Assembly: GCA_000002435.2 (NCBI GenBank)
Contig: CM018792.1
From: Giardia intestinalis
Lineage: Eukaryota
Strand: one strand, 5' to 3'
DNA length: 64,000 nucleotides
The position numbers were made by a program, and so were the translations under genes. Shown here piece after piece: positions 50,384 through 61,009 of the stretch. The notes beneath the pieces were generated by a model. The model saw only the letters and a program-made list of their open reading frames with translations, was not told where the DNA came from and did not search any database. Positions within the stretch are counted from its first letter, which is position 1. Each line of letters begins with the position of its first letter.

Positions 50384-51718
50384 TCATTTTACTGGGCCGC
50401 CACTGAGCAGAGATTGACCCTGTGTAACGTCTCTTTGAAGATTGAATAGTGTTCGCTCCAAAATAGAGACCTTGCGTGTATACTCCCCTATAGCCTTCTG
50501 AAGAGAGTCCTGAGTGGCTATTAAGGAAATAAAGTCTATTGAGGCCGGTCCATCCCCAGAGGCAATTTCATTCTGACGGAGCTTCTTGAGAACTGACCTG
50601 TCTATGCCCAGCTGCTTCTTGCAGTCATTAATCTGAGCGCTTATCTTGTCAATTGCCGTTCGTTTAGCAAATATTTCCTTTTCAATGAACTCCTTTTCTT
50701 CTGTTATTTTATTCAGATCTGATTTGAAGGTGTTTAGTGCCAGCGTGGTATTTCCACTGGTAAGCTTAAGCCGAAGAAGCTCCTGGTTCTTGGCAGCTAT
50801 CTTTTCAAGATATTTGGAGTTCGCAATGGCCAGTTGATCGAAGTCAATGGAGGACATCTGATCTGTTGCTTCAGTCTGCTTTTCGAGCTGCCTCTGGAGC
50901 TTCTTGATTTGCTTGTTGTTCACGTCTATCCGTGCCTTCATATTGTTCATGTCTGTTGTGATTTTCCCTATAACCTCGGAATAGAATGAATTGAGCTTAA
51001 ACGCTGACACCTTGGTGGGGATAGAAAACTGCCTTGCGCCAACCTGGGTGCTGGGCTTCGATGGGGACCCAGAAGGAGACTTAGTCGGGGATGCCGGAGC
51101 AGTGCTCTTTGCTTCTACATCTGGCTCACCTGCCGCTCCTTCTTTGCCTGATGCCTGAGCATGGACACGTACCGGCGACTTTACTCTACCGGGGCTGGGG
51201 GAGCGACTCCGAGTCTTAGGCGACGGGCTCCTACTGGTAATTACGTCTCCAGTATCGTCAACAGTTAGATACACCTGGTCACCGATGGTCAGTGCCGCCT
51301 GGGGGTCGGCCAGAACGTCACGGCGGAAGGCGAAAAGCCACCGCTTTATTTCAGAAAGCTTTGTCTCTGCGGAAATCGTAAAGGCCTTCAGCGTCAATGT
51401 TATCTCTGTACCCTTGTTTCGCATGATCTCTGCATCGCCCTTAAGCTCTTCCGATTCACAGATGGCTATCAAAACTTTCTCTTTCATGGTCAGGGTGTCG
51501 GAATTGTCATCTGCACTCTCTGCCAGCGCGTCCTCTTCGCCATCAAAGTGCAAACTGGACGTGGGATCGAAAATGCTATTCTCTTGATTTTTAAGAAAAG
51601 ACTGGTGGCGCTCAATGAAAGAAACAAGAAGATCATTTTCCTTCATGATCATTTCATTTGCCTGAATCAGCTCGTCTATTTTCTCGGAAAAGTTAATGAC
51701 CTGTGTGCTTCCAAGCAT
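50384..51718 (-). CDS. Coiled-coil protein with an SR/SP-rich segment, 444 aa (hypothetical)
   Basis: Long heptad-like regions. SPSPKTRSRSPSPGRVKSPVRV block. Confidence 0.6.
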   Translation of the reverse strand: MLGSTQVINFSEKIDELIQANEMIMKENDLLVSFIERHQSFLKNQENSIFDPTSSLHFDGEEDALAESADDNSDTLTMKEKVLIAICESEELKGDAEIMRNKGTEITLTLKAFTISAETKLSEIKRWLFAFRRDVLADPQAALTIGDQVYLTVDDTGDVITSRSPSPKTRSRSPSPGRVKSPVRVHAQASGKEGAAGEPDVEAKSTAPASPTKSPSGSPSKPSTQVGARQFSIPTKVSAFKLNSFYSEVIGKITTDMNNMKARIDVNNKQIKKLQRQLEKQTEATDQMSSIDFDQLAIANSKYLEKIAAKNQELLRLKLTSGNTTLALNTFKSDLNKITEEKEFIEKEIFAKRTAIDKISAQINDCKKQLGIDRSVLKKLRQNEIASGDGPASIDFISLIATQDSLQKAIGEYTRKVSILERTLFNLQRDVTQGQSLLSGGPVK

Positions 51719-51746
51719 GGTTTCGGGACAGGCTCCTTTTTAAACT

Positions 51747-52565
51747 TTGAGGCCAAGTTTTAAATTTCAAATGGTCCAATCCTTTTTCAATGCACCACTT
51801 ATTCTAGAAGGCCCTGCATCTGTTGCGTTTTCTAGCGAATCAGAAGAGTCCTCGAAGCCGGTAGAAGTTACTATTTATAGCGACAGAACAGTAAAGATCT
51901 TCTATAATGCTGACGGAAAGCTAGAGACGCGACAAGCAAAATCTTGCTGCATTTTGAATCAGGAGCCGACCTCACTTACAATATTGGGTATTGAGCAGGG
52001 AGCTCTCGTGCAGTGGTGCTTGATTTGCGCCTCTTTCCATATACTTCAGAACTATAATATGATAGGGGACTTTCTCCCCCGGAGGTCTCGTCGAGAAATC
52101 AATACAGTTAATGATCTGCTGATTAGAGCAGAAGATGGAGTCGAAGAAGAGTCCAACTTGATGGACTTCTTCACCAACACTTACGTGAATACAGATAGAG
52201 ATACTGAAGTAGTTCAGTCAGCAGGTCAAAGGTATACTGAAAATTTATCCCGGGCACAGGACACTCTCCTTGCTGAGATTCATAAGCTGCTGGTTGAGGG
52301 AATGGAGGCTGACGTTGCAATGAAGGACCAGAGACAGCAGAGGCATAACGAGTGGCTTATGCTGCGTGGAAAGATCGAGCAAGCCATCAACCTAGATGGT
52401 CAAGATGATAATGCACCAGCCTCTATCAGACTAGTAGTACCAAACATACAGATGCCCGAAGAGTACAGCCTTCTTAACTCTATTCAGGAGACGCAGGACG
52501 AGGCACTTGACGAATTTATTTCTACCATCAATGGCGAGGAGACCGATAAAACTCCAACTCAATAG
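51747..52565 (+). CDS. Hypothetical protein, 272 aa
   Basis: Clean ORF with an acidic C-terminus. Its 3' end overlaps the next gene by 38 nt on the opposite strand. Confidence 0.5.
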   Translation: MRPSFKFQMVQSFFNAPLILEGPASVAFSSESEESSKPVEVTIYSDRTVKIFYNADGKLETRQAKSCCILNQEPTSLTILGIEQGALVQWCLICASFHILQNYNMIGDFLPRRSRREINTVNDLLIRAEDGVEEESNLMDFFTNTYVNTDRDTEVVQSAGQRYTENLSRAQDTLLAEIHKLLVEGMEADVAMKDQRQQRHNEWLMLRGKIEQAINLDGQDDNAPASIRLVVPNIQMPEEYSLLNSIQETQDEALDEFISTINGEETDKTPTQ

Positions 52566-54246
52566 CATCACAGTCGCTCACAGAGAGATATAATCTCTTG
52601 GTGCCATTACTGCTGTCTCTTCCGATGAACTTCCTCGCTGGACTATCTCCCTTGTATATCAGTGTTGTCTTCAGTACCCTTGTGGCGTGATTGAGGGCTA
52701 CCTTCACACACCATATCTTTGTGCTGGCACCATCACACACAAGTACTGCCAGTCCGCTTGAGCAAACAAATGCCAAATCAGCTATAGAACAGTCAGTCTG
52801 TGACCAGTCTATCTGCTCACCGTGGAGCCCTTGCAACTCCGCAATGGACAGGGTGAACATAGGGAGGCCTGTTTCAACGGATAAAATGATTATCTTGTTT
52901 GCGGAGCACACCGCAACTGCGCACCGTTCAGTCCATATTCCTACCTCCACTGTTGTGATGGCAGGGTCTAGCTTTTCACAGTATGCCCATGAGTTATACT
53001 GTCTTTCGACTTCCGTGCACAAGGGGCCGTACAACAGGTACCTATAGTTTATCATTGCTATGCCATGACTCGTTAAGCACGCAACGTACGGCAATGAGTC
53101 GATAAATGCAATCGTGTATACTGTAAGAAATACTTGCGGTGTGCTCAGCCCCAAGAACTCCGGCAGATTAATATATCGAGGCGTGAGCGCACCCGCTTCT
53201 TCGTTGTCCACAAAGGGGACATAGAGGTGCAAGATTCCAAGGGGTGAGTATAGTGCGAGAACTTCGTTTTGTGACACATAAAAGTATGAAGACAGTCCTG
53301 AACATGTCCCTGCGCTCTGGAAGACGCAAGATGCCCATCCTCTTTCTCGAGAGGTGGTAGACCTTGCTGCGTCTCCATACCTGCGACTGTGGTAGTGCTC
53401 AACAATGGCCTCTGGCACAGGGTGTACTGTGAGGTTTATCAGTGATTTGGACCGATTACTCAAGGGCCTTGGTATCATGATTGCATTGTTTTGCTTATCA
53501 CATATACATGTAATCCACTTGCTCCCCATACTGATGGACTTGGTAGGATACGAGAGGCTGTATCTGTACAAGACATAAAGGGAGACAGTGTTGAAGACAA
53601 TGAAATGGTGCAATGAATCAGGATCACTAGCACCACCTTCGTTTTTAGTTTCTGATTCCGTTGTCGGTAGCTTGGCGACAAGGCTAAATGTGAGACCATC
53701 GGGGCAGACAAAGGCTTGCGCTGCTAGATCCTCTGTTACATCAAGTGCGCGACCTGCTAGTTCGGCTTTCGTTTGCGCATCTATCAAATGGAGGCTATGG
53801 CGAAATATGACGACAAGTCGTGCTGAGAGCGCAGGTTCCTTTGAGGGGCCAAATCGCAGGATCCGTAACGGGTAGCCGTCGTTATTTGGCATGTGGCTTA
53901 TGTAGTAGTTGAGTGGATATCGTGTTAATCGAACGCCCTCCGTGCAACTCAAGCTTTGCTCCTTTCCCAAAGTTGCGGTTGACGAAACTGTGATGGCCTT
54001 GTTGTCATAGTCTTGCTTGGTGGCAGGATCGAAGATGGACACATGCGAATCCAAACAGAGTGATTCTAATTGCGCGTATGCAAGCCCCTTTCCAACGAGG
54101 ATTCGAAGCAAGCCGGGATCTACCATGTCCAGGGTAGGATCATTAAGCTTTATCATGGCCTCGCACGAAAGAGCTGCTGCGCTGTGTAGATACCCACACT
54201 CCCTCAGATAATTGTAAACAAGGCAGGGGATGTCAGAAGGATTCAT
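52528..54246 (-). CDS. LisH-motif protein, probably a beta-propeller, 572 aa
   Basis: The N-terminal IPCLVYNYLRECGYLHSAAALSCEA fits the LisH consensus. The remainder is beta-rich with WD-like segments. Confidence 0.55.
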   Translation of the reverse strand: MNPSDIPCLVYNYLRECGYLHSAAALSCEAMIKLNDPTLDMVDPGLLRILVGKGLAYAQLESLCLDSHVSIFDPATKQDYDNKAITVSSTATLGKEQSLSCTEGVRLTRYPLNYYISHMPNNDGYPLRILRFGPSKEPALSARLVVIFRHSLHLIDAQTKAELAGRALDVTEDLAAQAFVCPDGLTFSLVAKLPTTESETKNEGGASDPDSLHHFIVFNTVSLYVLYRYSLSYPTKSISMGSKWITCICDKQNNAIMIPRPLSNRSKSLINLTVHPVPEAIVEHYHSRRYGDAARSTTSRERGWASCVFQSAGTCSGLSSYFYVSQNEVLALYSPLGILHLYVPFVDNEEAGALTPRYINLPEFLGLSTPQVFLTVYTIAFIDSLPYVACLTSHGIAMINYRYLLYGPLCTEVERQYNSWAYCEKLDPAITTVEVGIWTERCAVAVCSANKIIILSVETGLPMFTLSIAELQGLHGEQIDWSQTDCSIADLAFVCSSGLAVLVCDGASTKIWCVKVALNHATRVLKTTLIYKGDSPARKFIGRDSSNGTKRLYLSVSDCDAIELEFYRSPRH

Positions 54247-54406
54247 TTTTAACGTGAATAAGAAGGAATTTGATGGAGTTTAGCTGCCACATTAGGAGAA
54301 TCTGTACAGGGGCTAGACTAGGTGACTCCGCAGGCAGAGTTTTATGGACAAATCTTTCGTTCATCTCTCAAAGGCTCGCAATACTTAAAGATTTGAATTT
54401 AAAAAG

Positions 54407-55171
54407 ATGGACAGAGATCTGAGGTCTCGCAAAACACCCAGAGCAGATATTGGTAGCACCGTCACAGCTGTTCTGGACACACGACCGCAGTTTGAAAGTG
54501 TAGAGGGTGCTGAGGCAACAGTCTTAGTGGATGGGACGCGGCGTAGATTAAATAGTCGCCAGTCTTCTGCGGGCCCGGCTATCCTGCACCAGCGAGGGAA
54601 GAAGTCTGAAGGAAACTCCCCCATACAGTTCCACGACGGCTATTTGAATCACCCTGGTCTTTTTTCCGTAGAATTAGGCTTTTCCACGGCCTCAATTAAC
54701 TACGAGGGTCATCCAAGCGCAGATGTGGTTGTACCTCATCGTTATAGAAATAACTACGAGCTCACAGATGCTGAGGATGCACAGCTGATCACGATGATGG
54801 AGCGGGAGTTTCCAGAATATCAGGGCAAGCTGACCAAATCCATCTCTGCATCCTATGACTCTGAGACATTCCTCAGTCAAAACTGCAGCAGTATATTCAA
54901 CGAGGCTCTCAGGCCGTCTATTGACATACACTCCGTCTGTGAGCCTTTAGACAGCATATCTCTGTCGAGCTCCATGAACTCTATGTTCCACGTAGTCTCT
55001 CAAGACCACACAAGGGCCTGTAATAGCTCCATTGGAGATGACAGCCTGTTGCGGGACCATCGGGGACCTGCTGCACGCAGCACCACTATACTATACAATG
55101 GAACACGCCAAAAGAGCCAGCAATCTGCCACAGCGTCAAGGCAACACAAGTCTGCTAAGATCTTGCAGTAA
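54407..55171 (+). CDS. Hypothetical protein, 254 aa
   Basis: ORF with short flanks. No recognisable domain. Confidence 0.45.
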   Translation: MDRDLRSRKTPRADIGSTVTAVLDTRPQFESVEGAEATVLVDGTRRRLNSRQSSAGPAILHQRGKKSEGNSPIQFHDGYLNHPGLFSVELGFSTASINYEGHPSADVVVPHRYRNNYELTDAEDAQLITMMEREFPEYQGKLTKSISASYDSETFLSQNCSSIFNEALRPSIDIHSVCEPLDSISLSSSMNSMFHVVSQDHTRACNSSIGDDSLLRDHRGPAARSTTILYNGTRQKSQQSATASRQHKSAKILQ

Positions 55172-55304
55172 ATTTGTCTGTGGTGCAGCATGCGCTTACA
55201 GACTAAAGTACAGGCCTCCTCAGTCCCGCTTGTAAGAGAGCAAAATGTTTAGACAACCCTGACTTCGGATTGTTGCTAAACCTATCAATAATAAATAAAT
55301 TAAT

Positions 55305-57806
55305 TTAACTATAAATCGTCTTGAGTACAAATAAGGCACGTAGGGCTTGAAAGGCCCGTTTGCCTAGAGACTGGAAGCTGAAGATGTTCCCACGCCGTAT
55401 TGCAGTGCTGAGAAGTTCTGTAATCTGAACTCGATTGATATCTTCGCGGTTCTTCACAAAGGACGTGCGAGTCCTCTGCAGACATGCCTGGATAGAAAGC
55501 GCCGGAAGTCTAAGCAGCCTTTGTAGCTCCTCCCCAATTCGGGGCCGGTACCCATCTGATCCCTCGGTTAGCATGTCCAATTGTTCTGCAATATGCTGCT
55601 GGCTAAATACGTTCACCCTTTGTATGAGACTCTCAACGGTTCTTCCTCCCATAGAGATTGGCACACATGCCTCTTCAACAGGGACATGTTGACTAAACAA
55701 CTTTATCACGGCGTCCCATCTGGATGTAAGCTTTGCGAACATAGATTTCAGTAAGCCATTGCTGCTCGAACCTGGGGAGGCCCTCTGTTGTAACTTCCTC
55801 AAAAGAAGCTCCCTTCTAAACCACAGCCTGCGATTCAGCACAGGCCTCAGCTGCACAAGCTCACGCAGAAAGGTGTGTGCTTGGTGATCAGTTGGAAAAT
55901 AGGTGGGAAAGCATGCCTGGCCGTTGTATGCGACAATCTTATCCCAGTTCTGCTTAACAGCAATCTCGTGCGCATGCAATATAAACTCCTCGTGATTCTT
56001 AACTTGTGATGCTGCAGTGCCAGGGTGGACAACCAAGCCATTAAATGAGAGGTACAGACGAAATCTGTCTATCAACTTGTGGATCGAGACTGTGTGAAAC
56101 TCATGAGCTGGATCATCCAACGGAGCAAAGTACTTCAAATACAGCAGTAGCTCCAAAGTGTGAACATATCCAAATGAAGGAATACCATCACAAAAGTCGC
56201 ATCCCATAATTAGTGCAAGGAAGATAATATCATCGCTTGAAAAATACAAAGAGATATCTCGCTGACGTATGGATTGGAAGCCAGAGACGTCATGGATGCT
56301 GGACAGTCTTCCAAAGAGGCGCAGCACCAGAACAGGGCGGTAGGCTATGACATCCGAGTCTTCTGTCAACACAGCTGCCACATAACCATGAGAGTTTAAA
56401 AGGGCACATACATGTTCAGCCTCATAGCCAGGCTTGCACTTGATGCATGGAACCTTGAACAAGTTAGCTATTTGTAAGACCTCTGCTATCACCCTTTCGG
56501 TTAAAGGCTTGTATACAGAAGAGGAGTCAGTATTGCCCGCAAGCCTCTTGTGCATTTTATATACGCCTACCTTGAATACGCCCACCTCGGGAAATTCAGT
56601 AGATTGGTTGACAAACGAGGAAAATGTTGTCCCCACAGCAGTACTAGAATTCATAAGTTTCTTCATGTAAGATTGATTGTTCGTGGAACGATTCCACGTA
56701 GCGCTGGCATCCATCTCTTGAGCTGCAGGTGAACCACTAAGCTCTTCTCTCCAGCCAGGCCCAGGAGGTGACGATGGTGCTACAAAAGAAGGGGCCGGGT
56801 GTGAAGCTTCAGTTGTCGAAGGATCTCTGTCAGAGATGGAATAGGGTAGGGTAGAGAAGTACTCTTCAGCGTCTCTTGATGCACTGAATATACTACGCTG
56901 CATTGGCGACACGTCTGCCTTGCTGGTTGGTGTCTGCTTAACTGATCTATGTGGAGACATGGCTGTAAGTAAAGCTAAGCGCGCTGCATCCCTTTGCTGT
57001 CTAATAGCTGTAAAGACCTGTTCATTCATCTGAGACACTGCAAGACGTCTTTGCAGTTGCCAACTTGCGTACTCTTCCAACTGTGCAGAGACGGCGTCAG
57101 AGTTAAAGCGGAGCTTATGTGATAGCAAGTGCTTTGTTCCTTCATAGTTATAGTCAGCCCTAAACTCTAGTGAGTCAGAAACATATGAATCCTCTTTCTC
57201 TTTTTCTTCAGAGGCAGCATTTATACCAGCGAAGTGTGAGGCGGTAGAAGAGGGCTCCGGTTGGTCAAAATTTATAGGGGTAATCTCAGGGCATGCAGTG
57301 CACCTCATGAAGGAAGTGACTGCCCCCCTACTACTATCTGACCAATGCTCAGGAACAAACGAATCCGATACAGTTTTCGAAGTCATCTCTTGAAGGGTAT
57401 TTTGCTCATGGGATGCTGAAAAGTGTGCCATAATGTCGTCAAGCGCTTCCGTCTCAAGTCGTCGATATTCGTCAGCATCAATCGCGTCTGCTTCACCTTT
57501 AGTGCTTCTGATCAAACTGGCTTCGGCGCTTCGACGCCTCTCCAGTTCCTCGGTCTTCAACCAGTGCGGGGCCCCAGAATCAAACACAAAGACAGGCATC
57601 AAGCCCAGTGACAGTATGCGTGTGATAATTAGAAAGGTTGCGCGGACATGGTAGTTCTTACGCTCTTCATCTGAGCTGGTATAGTAGTAAGAGTACAACA
57701 AGCCAGAAATATCTACCGAGACCGTCTTCTTGTTGAGATAGTCGGCGCGGTTTAAGCCCTTTGACATCTGACTCAGAATGTTCCAGAGGCCAGCTATGCC
57801 CATCAC
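55305..57806 (-). CDS. XPG/Rad2-family structure-specific nuclease (long N–I spacer, XPG-like)
   Basis: The N-domain is MGIAGLWNIL...KTVSVDISGLL...PVFVFDSGAPHWLK (compare XPG MGVQGLWKLL...ILAVDISIWL...PIFVFDGDAPLLKK). The I-domain, ~370 aa downstream, is GYEAEHVCALLNSHGYVAAVLTEDSDVIAY (compare EAEAQCA...ITDDSD). The start is probably the second Met, at 57803. Confidence 0.8.
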   Translation of the reverse strand: MMGIAGLWNILSQMSKGLNRADYLNKKTVSVDISGLLYSYYYTSSDEERKNYHVRATFLIITRILSLGLMPVFVFDSGAPHWLKTEELERRRSAEASLIRSTKGEADAIDADEYRRLETEALDDIMAHFSASHEQNTLQEMTSKTVSDSFVPEHWSDSSRGAVTSFMRCTACPEITPINFDQPEPSSTASHFAGINAASEEKEKEDSYVSDSLEFRADYNYEGTKHLLSHKLRFNSDAVSAQLEEYASWQLQRRLAVSQMNEQVFTAIRQQRDAARLALLTAMSPHRSVKQTPTSKADVSPMQRSIFSASRDAEEYFSTLPYSISDRDPSTTEASHPAPSFVAPSSPPGPGWREELSGSPAAQEMDASATWNRSTNNQSYMKKLMNSSTAVGTTFSSFVNQSTEFPEVGVFKVGVYKMHKRLAGNTDSSSVYKPLTERVIAEVLQIANLFKVPCIKCKPGYEAEHVCALLNSHGYVAAVLTEDSDVIAYRPVLVLRLFGRLSSIHDVSGFQSIRQRDISLYFSSDDIIFLALIMGCDFCDGIPSFGYVHTLELLLYLKYFAPLDDPAHEFHTVSIHKLIDRFRLYLSFNGLVVHPGTAASQVKNHEEFILHAHEIAVKQNWDKIVAYNGQACFPTYFPTDHQAHTFLRELVQLRPVLNRRLWFRRELLLRKLQQRASPGSSSNGLLKSMFAKLTSRWDAVIKLFSQHVPVEEACVPISMGGRTVESLIQRVNVFSQQHIAEQLDMLTEGSDGYRPRIGEELQRLLRLPALSIQACLQRTRTSFVKNREDINRVQITELLSTAIRRGNIFSFQSLGKRAFQALRALFVLKTIYS

Positions 57807-58339
57807 TCACTGCGTGCCTTTATTTCCTGCGAAAGGGTTTTAAATGATTTCTCCTGCCAATGCCGGAGCTGAGGCACACACACTTTGAGAGCTCATTTCC
57901 AACCTGTAAAATAAGTAGTACAAACATTACAGTTTATAATGCTCACAACCGAACCATAAAACCGAGTGCACCCCCAGACCTGGCTTCAGTGAAAACAATA
58001 GTATCCAATTAATTTACGCCCAAGGAATCCTTTGGGAGCTGAAGCCGTCTTCATAAGAAGAAGAGAAGAAATAAACGTAGAAATATCGACAACAGCGATG
58101 TACTAAGATCTAACTGTGACATGACAGGGGCGACGTTGCATCCTTAAGTAAGGCATTAAATCTAAAATATTTCCTACAAAACATAGCACTAAGAAGTCAC
58201 AGTACAAGAATTTCTAAAAGTAAGTCTCGGTAAGACTAAAAGTCTTAAAAAGCAGAGTTTCTAATTATACAAGGAGGGCTCAGGCCAAGCAACCACACCT
58301 GAGACCTGAGATTCAATGAAATCAATGGAGTACCAGTGG

Positions 58340-60046
58340 TCACATGAATCTGTGGGGCCCATTAATAAGCTCAAGCCATATGCAGAAGTTACGCTTCAAC
58401 TCATTGTAGTTCATATCGGGGCGAAGAAAGACGAAGATGCATGCCACAAGGTAGTGCACTTTATTTTTCTTTGTAGCGATCATATTGCAAAGCTCCCCTC
58501 TCTGGGTTATGGGGACATTGACGTGTTGCATAGTGGAGACACACAGCTCTAAAGTATCGAGCCAGTAAGAGAAAGAGTAGTCTTTGATATCGAACTTGAA
58601 ATCCATCTTGAGGTACTTGTGGAACCTCGAACGCAGACTGGAGAGGGTGCGGTTATTATAGATCAGAAGAGAATAGTAATAGTAGATGATGTGCCAATTG
58701 AGATCAATGGTATTATAATCTCCAACGTAGTAAAAGATGGCTGCCAGGATAATATTATCATCCTGCTCTGTGAATGCTTTCGGGGCCTTAGGACTATCTT
58801 CGTAGATAGTGGCCCGGAACGCGGGTCTGGGCCTACGTCTGTCAAAGGTGGAGCTGGCCAACCCAATGCAGCTGAATTTATATTGTGCATTGGAGTGGGG
58901 AGCAAAGTGCGACGCCGACTCATTCATGTAAGTTTTCGGGGCACTCTGCACGGTGTAGTTGATGTCTGTATCTACTACAATCGGAGTATCCTGCACTGCA
59001 TAGTTCCCACCCGTGGCATGCATGCTCGGCCAGGTTCTGCTGTGATGAGGGTGGGAGCAGTGGAAAGAGGATGACATGGAGTGGGACGCGTGCTCAGAGG
59101 TAGAGGAGTTGTCATGGACGGACTGTGCATACTTCTGCCGCTGGTGGGGCTCCTGGATGTACATAGACCCTCCACCAGCATCACTGTTGATCAGACTATC
59201 CATGGGATCAGGAGCGCAGCCAACGCTCTGGGCAGGCATATCATTGACCATGTTTGATGTACTGCTATCCCGTGCTCCTACGGCTCTACCAGATTGAGAA
59301 TCAAGCAGGAAATCAACCTGAGTGCCTACTCTGATACCAGCCGGTGGCTTTTCCTCAGAAGGAAACTCTTGGGACAAGAGCTGCATCAATGCGTCCCGTT
59401 CGGTCTTCGAAAGGGTCCTAATCATCCGCCTAAGATCGTCACGGCCTATATTTTCCCCCTTAGGGACAGAGGGCTTCTTACACTCAATTGGCTGTGTGTG
59501 TACCTTCACTCTTCGTTGCTCACCATAGGACTCCCCACCTTGATGGGGACTCGCCTGGACTGTGGGTAATGGCCGCTCATAAGCGTCGGCCACCTCTGAC
59601 TGCGGCGGCCGAGGATGAGGAGAAGGAGGAACGGGAAACTCCTCTAATGCTAGTGCAGTCGCCGGAGGTTCTTCGGAAATGAAGGGTATGATCTTCGCGG
59701 AAGCAGTAGGCAGGTGCGTATTATGACCTATAGAGTTGATAGGTTTTGATGGGAGAATTGTTTGTTCGGGCGGAAAAAACCGAAAACGCATGTCATTGGA
59801 TATCAAGACCCTTGCTGGAGTGAAGATGTAAGGCGTGGCTGTCCCTGATATCATATCGGACCCATCGTACAAGTAAACAGGGTCGGCGAACGGATCCAAC
59901 CTCGACATAGTCTCCCGAGCAGACTCGCTGCTCTGTTGGTCTGTAAAGCTGGGGAGGGTATCAGTGATTATCTTAAGATTTCGGTGTCGAAAACCTGCGC
60001 CCTGGCCCGCGAGTCTGGGAGAGGCTACCAATTCCCCGTGTGACAT
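58340..60046 (-). CDS. Hypothetical protein, 568 aa
   Basis: Long ORF. The N-terminal half is Pro/Ser-rich. The C-terminal ~150 aa is Tyr/Leu-rich. No assignable domain. Confidence 0.5.
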   Translation of the reverse strand: MSHGELVASPRLAGQGAGFRHRNLKIITDTLPSFTDQQSSESARETMSRLDPFADPVYLYDGSDMISGTATPYIFTPARVLISNDMRFRFFPPEQTILPSKPINSIGHNTHLPTASAKIIPFISEEPPATALALEEFPVPPSPHPRPPQSEVADAYERPLPTVQASPHQGGESYGEQRRVKVHTQPIECKKPSVPKGENIGRDDLRRMIRTLSKTERDALMQLLSQEFPSEEKPPAGIRVGTQVDFLLDSQSGRAVGARDSSTSNMVNDMPAQSVGCAPDPMDSLINSDAGGGSMYIQEPHQRQKYAQSVHDNSSTSEHASHSMSSSFHCSHPHHSRTWPSMHATGGNYAVQDTPIVVDTDINYTVQSAPKTYMNESASHFAPHSNAQYKFSCIGLASSTFDRRRPRPAFRATIYEDSPKAPKAFTEQDDNIILAAIFYYVGDYNTIDLNWHIIYYYYSLLIYNNRTLSSLRSRFHKYLKMDFKFDIKDYSFSYWLDTLELCVSTMQHVNVPITQRGELCNMIATKKNKVHYLVACIFVFLRPDMNYNELKRNFCIWLELINGPHRFM

Positions 60047-60097
60047 GTCGCGTGATTTTTTTGAACTGGAATGTGTTGATAATTTAAAAGTGGGTTT

Positions 60098-60802
60098 ATG
60101 GACGACCTCGAGCCTGTGGTCAGTGCTACGATATTTGAAGATTTCCCACCGTGCGTCACCAAAGCCCTCTTTCGGTACTGCACAGTGGGGATATCCGAAA
60201 AGCTAAGGCTAAAGCGTTATTTTATTCTATTTGATCAGGAGCAGCGCACTGCGCGCATAGAGACCGCAGACCCGAAGATCGTAGATACTATAAAACGGAT
60301 ATTCTCAGTATCTGCGCACACAATCCAATTAAATAGAGATGATATTATTTCTGAACAAAAGGATTTTGCGTTGCAAAGAAGCCTGACGAATATTGAAAAG
60401 TGTGAGGAGGCATTTGTACGTGACGGTGTTTGTGCAGTAGACGTCATTTCTTCGGCTTCAGATGCGAAGTCCACTCCAGCCATTATTGATTTTCTGCAAT
60501 TCCTCTTTTCGCACGTAACGTTTGCAAAGGCTGGAGAGCGCGTGAAGATAATAGTTCCCCAGAAGCTTTCGAAGGCGGTTGCTGACGCCCTTGTCAACGA
60601 TCGGGTCTCCTTCAAGATATATCTGCCAAAGGTGGAGCTTATTGAGTCTCATCCTAAGAAAGGTAACATGGCCTATCGCGTGAAGGTCAGATTGCTACTG
60701 AATAAGGACGACTGCGTTAAGTTAATAGAAAACACTCAAACCTTAAAGCAGCCCCCGTTCTTCAACGTTCGTCCTGTCAATGATCTTATTGATCCGTGGT
60801 GA
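60098..60802 (+). CDS. Hypothetical protein, 234 aa; paralog A of a tandem pair
   Basis: This gene shares a collinear motif pattern with the next one. VGISEKLRLKRY matches LGISEIKDLGFI. IIDFLQFLFSHVTF...RVKIIVPQKLSKAVADALVNDRVSFKIYLPKV matches SLQQFLDIFEFPNS...KFTILVKEGQVEKVKKAIENNRINFGRNIPVV. YRVKVRLLLNKDD matches WRFVKFRVCVKYG. Confidence 0.55.
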   Translation: MDDLEPVVSATIFEDFPPCVTKALFRYCTVGISEKLRLKRYFILFDQEQRTARIETADPKIVDTIKRIFSVSAHTIQLNRDDIISEQKDFALQRSLTNIEKCEEAFVRDGVCAVDVISSASDAKSTPAIIDFLQFLFSHVTFAKAGERVKIIVPQKLSKAVADALVNDRVSFKIYLPKVELIESHPKKGNMAYRVKVRLLLNKDDCVKLIENTQTLKQPPFFNVRPVNDLIDPW

Positions 60803-61009
60803 GGCGGGCTCTACGTCACAGCACACATGTACACATGTTTTCTTCCTTTGCTCTAGTCTTTGTCACCATTTAAATCTTTTGGGAGCTGATAGCTTGTATA
60901 CCGTAGGGTTCAAGGGTGTGACGCTCAATACAAGTGTACAGAACTGTCGGAATAAATTGAATAAACTAAAGAACTGTCATGACTTCTATCAAGGATTTTT
61001 AAAAATTAG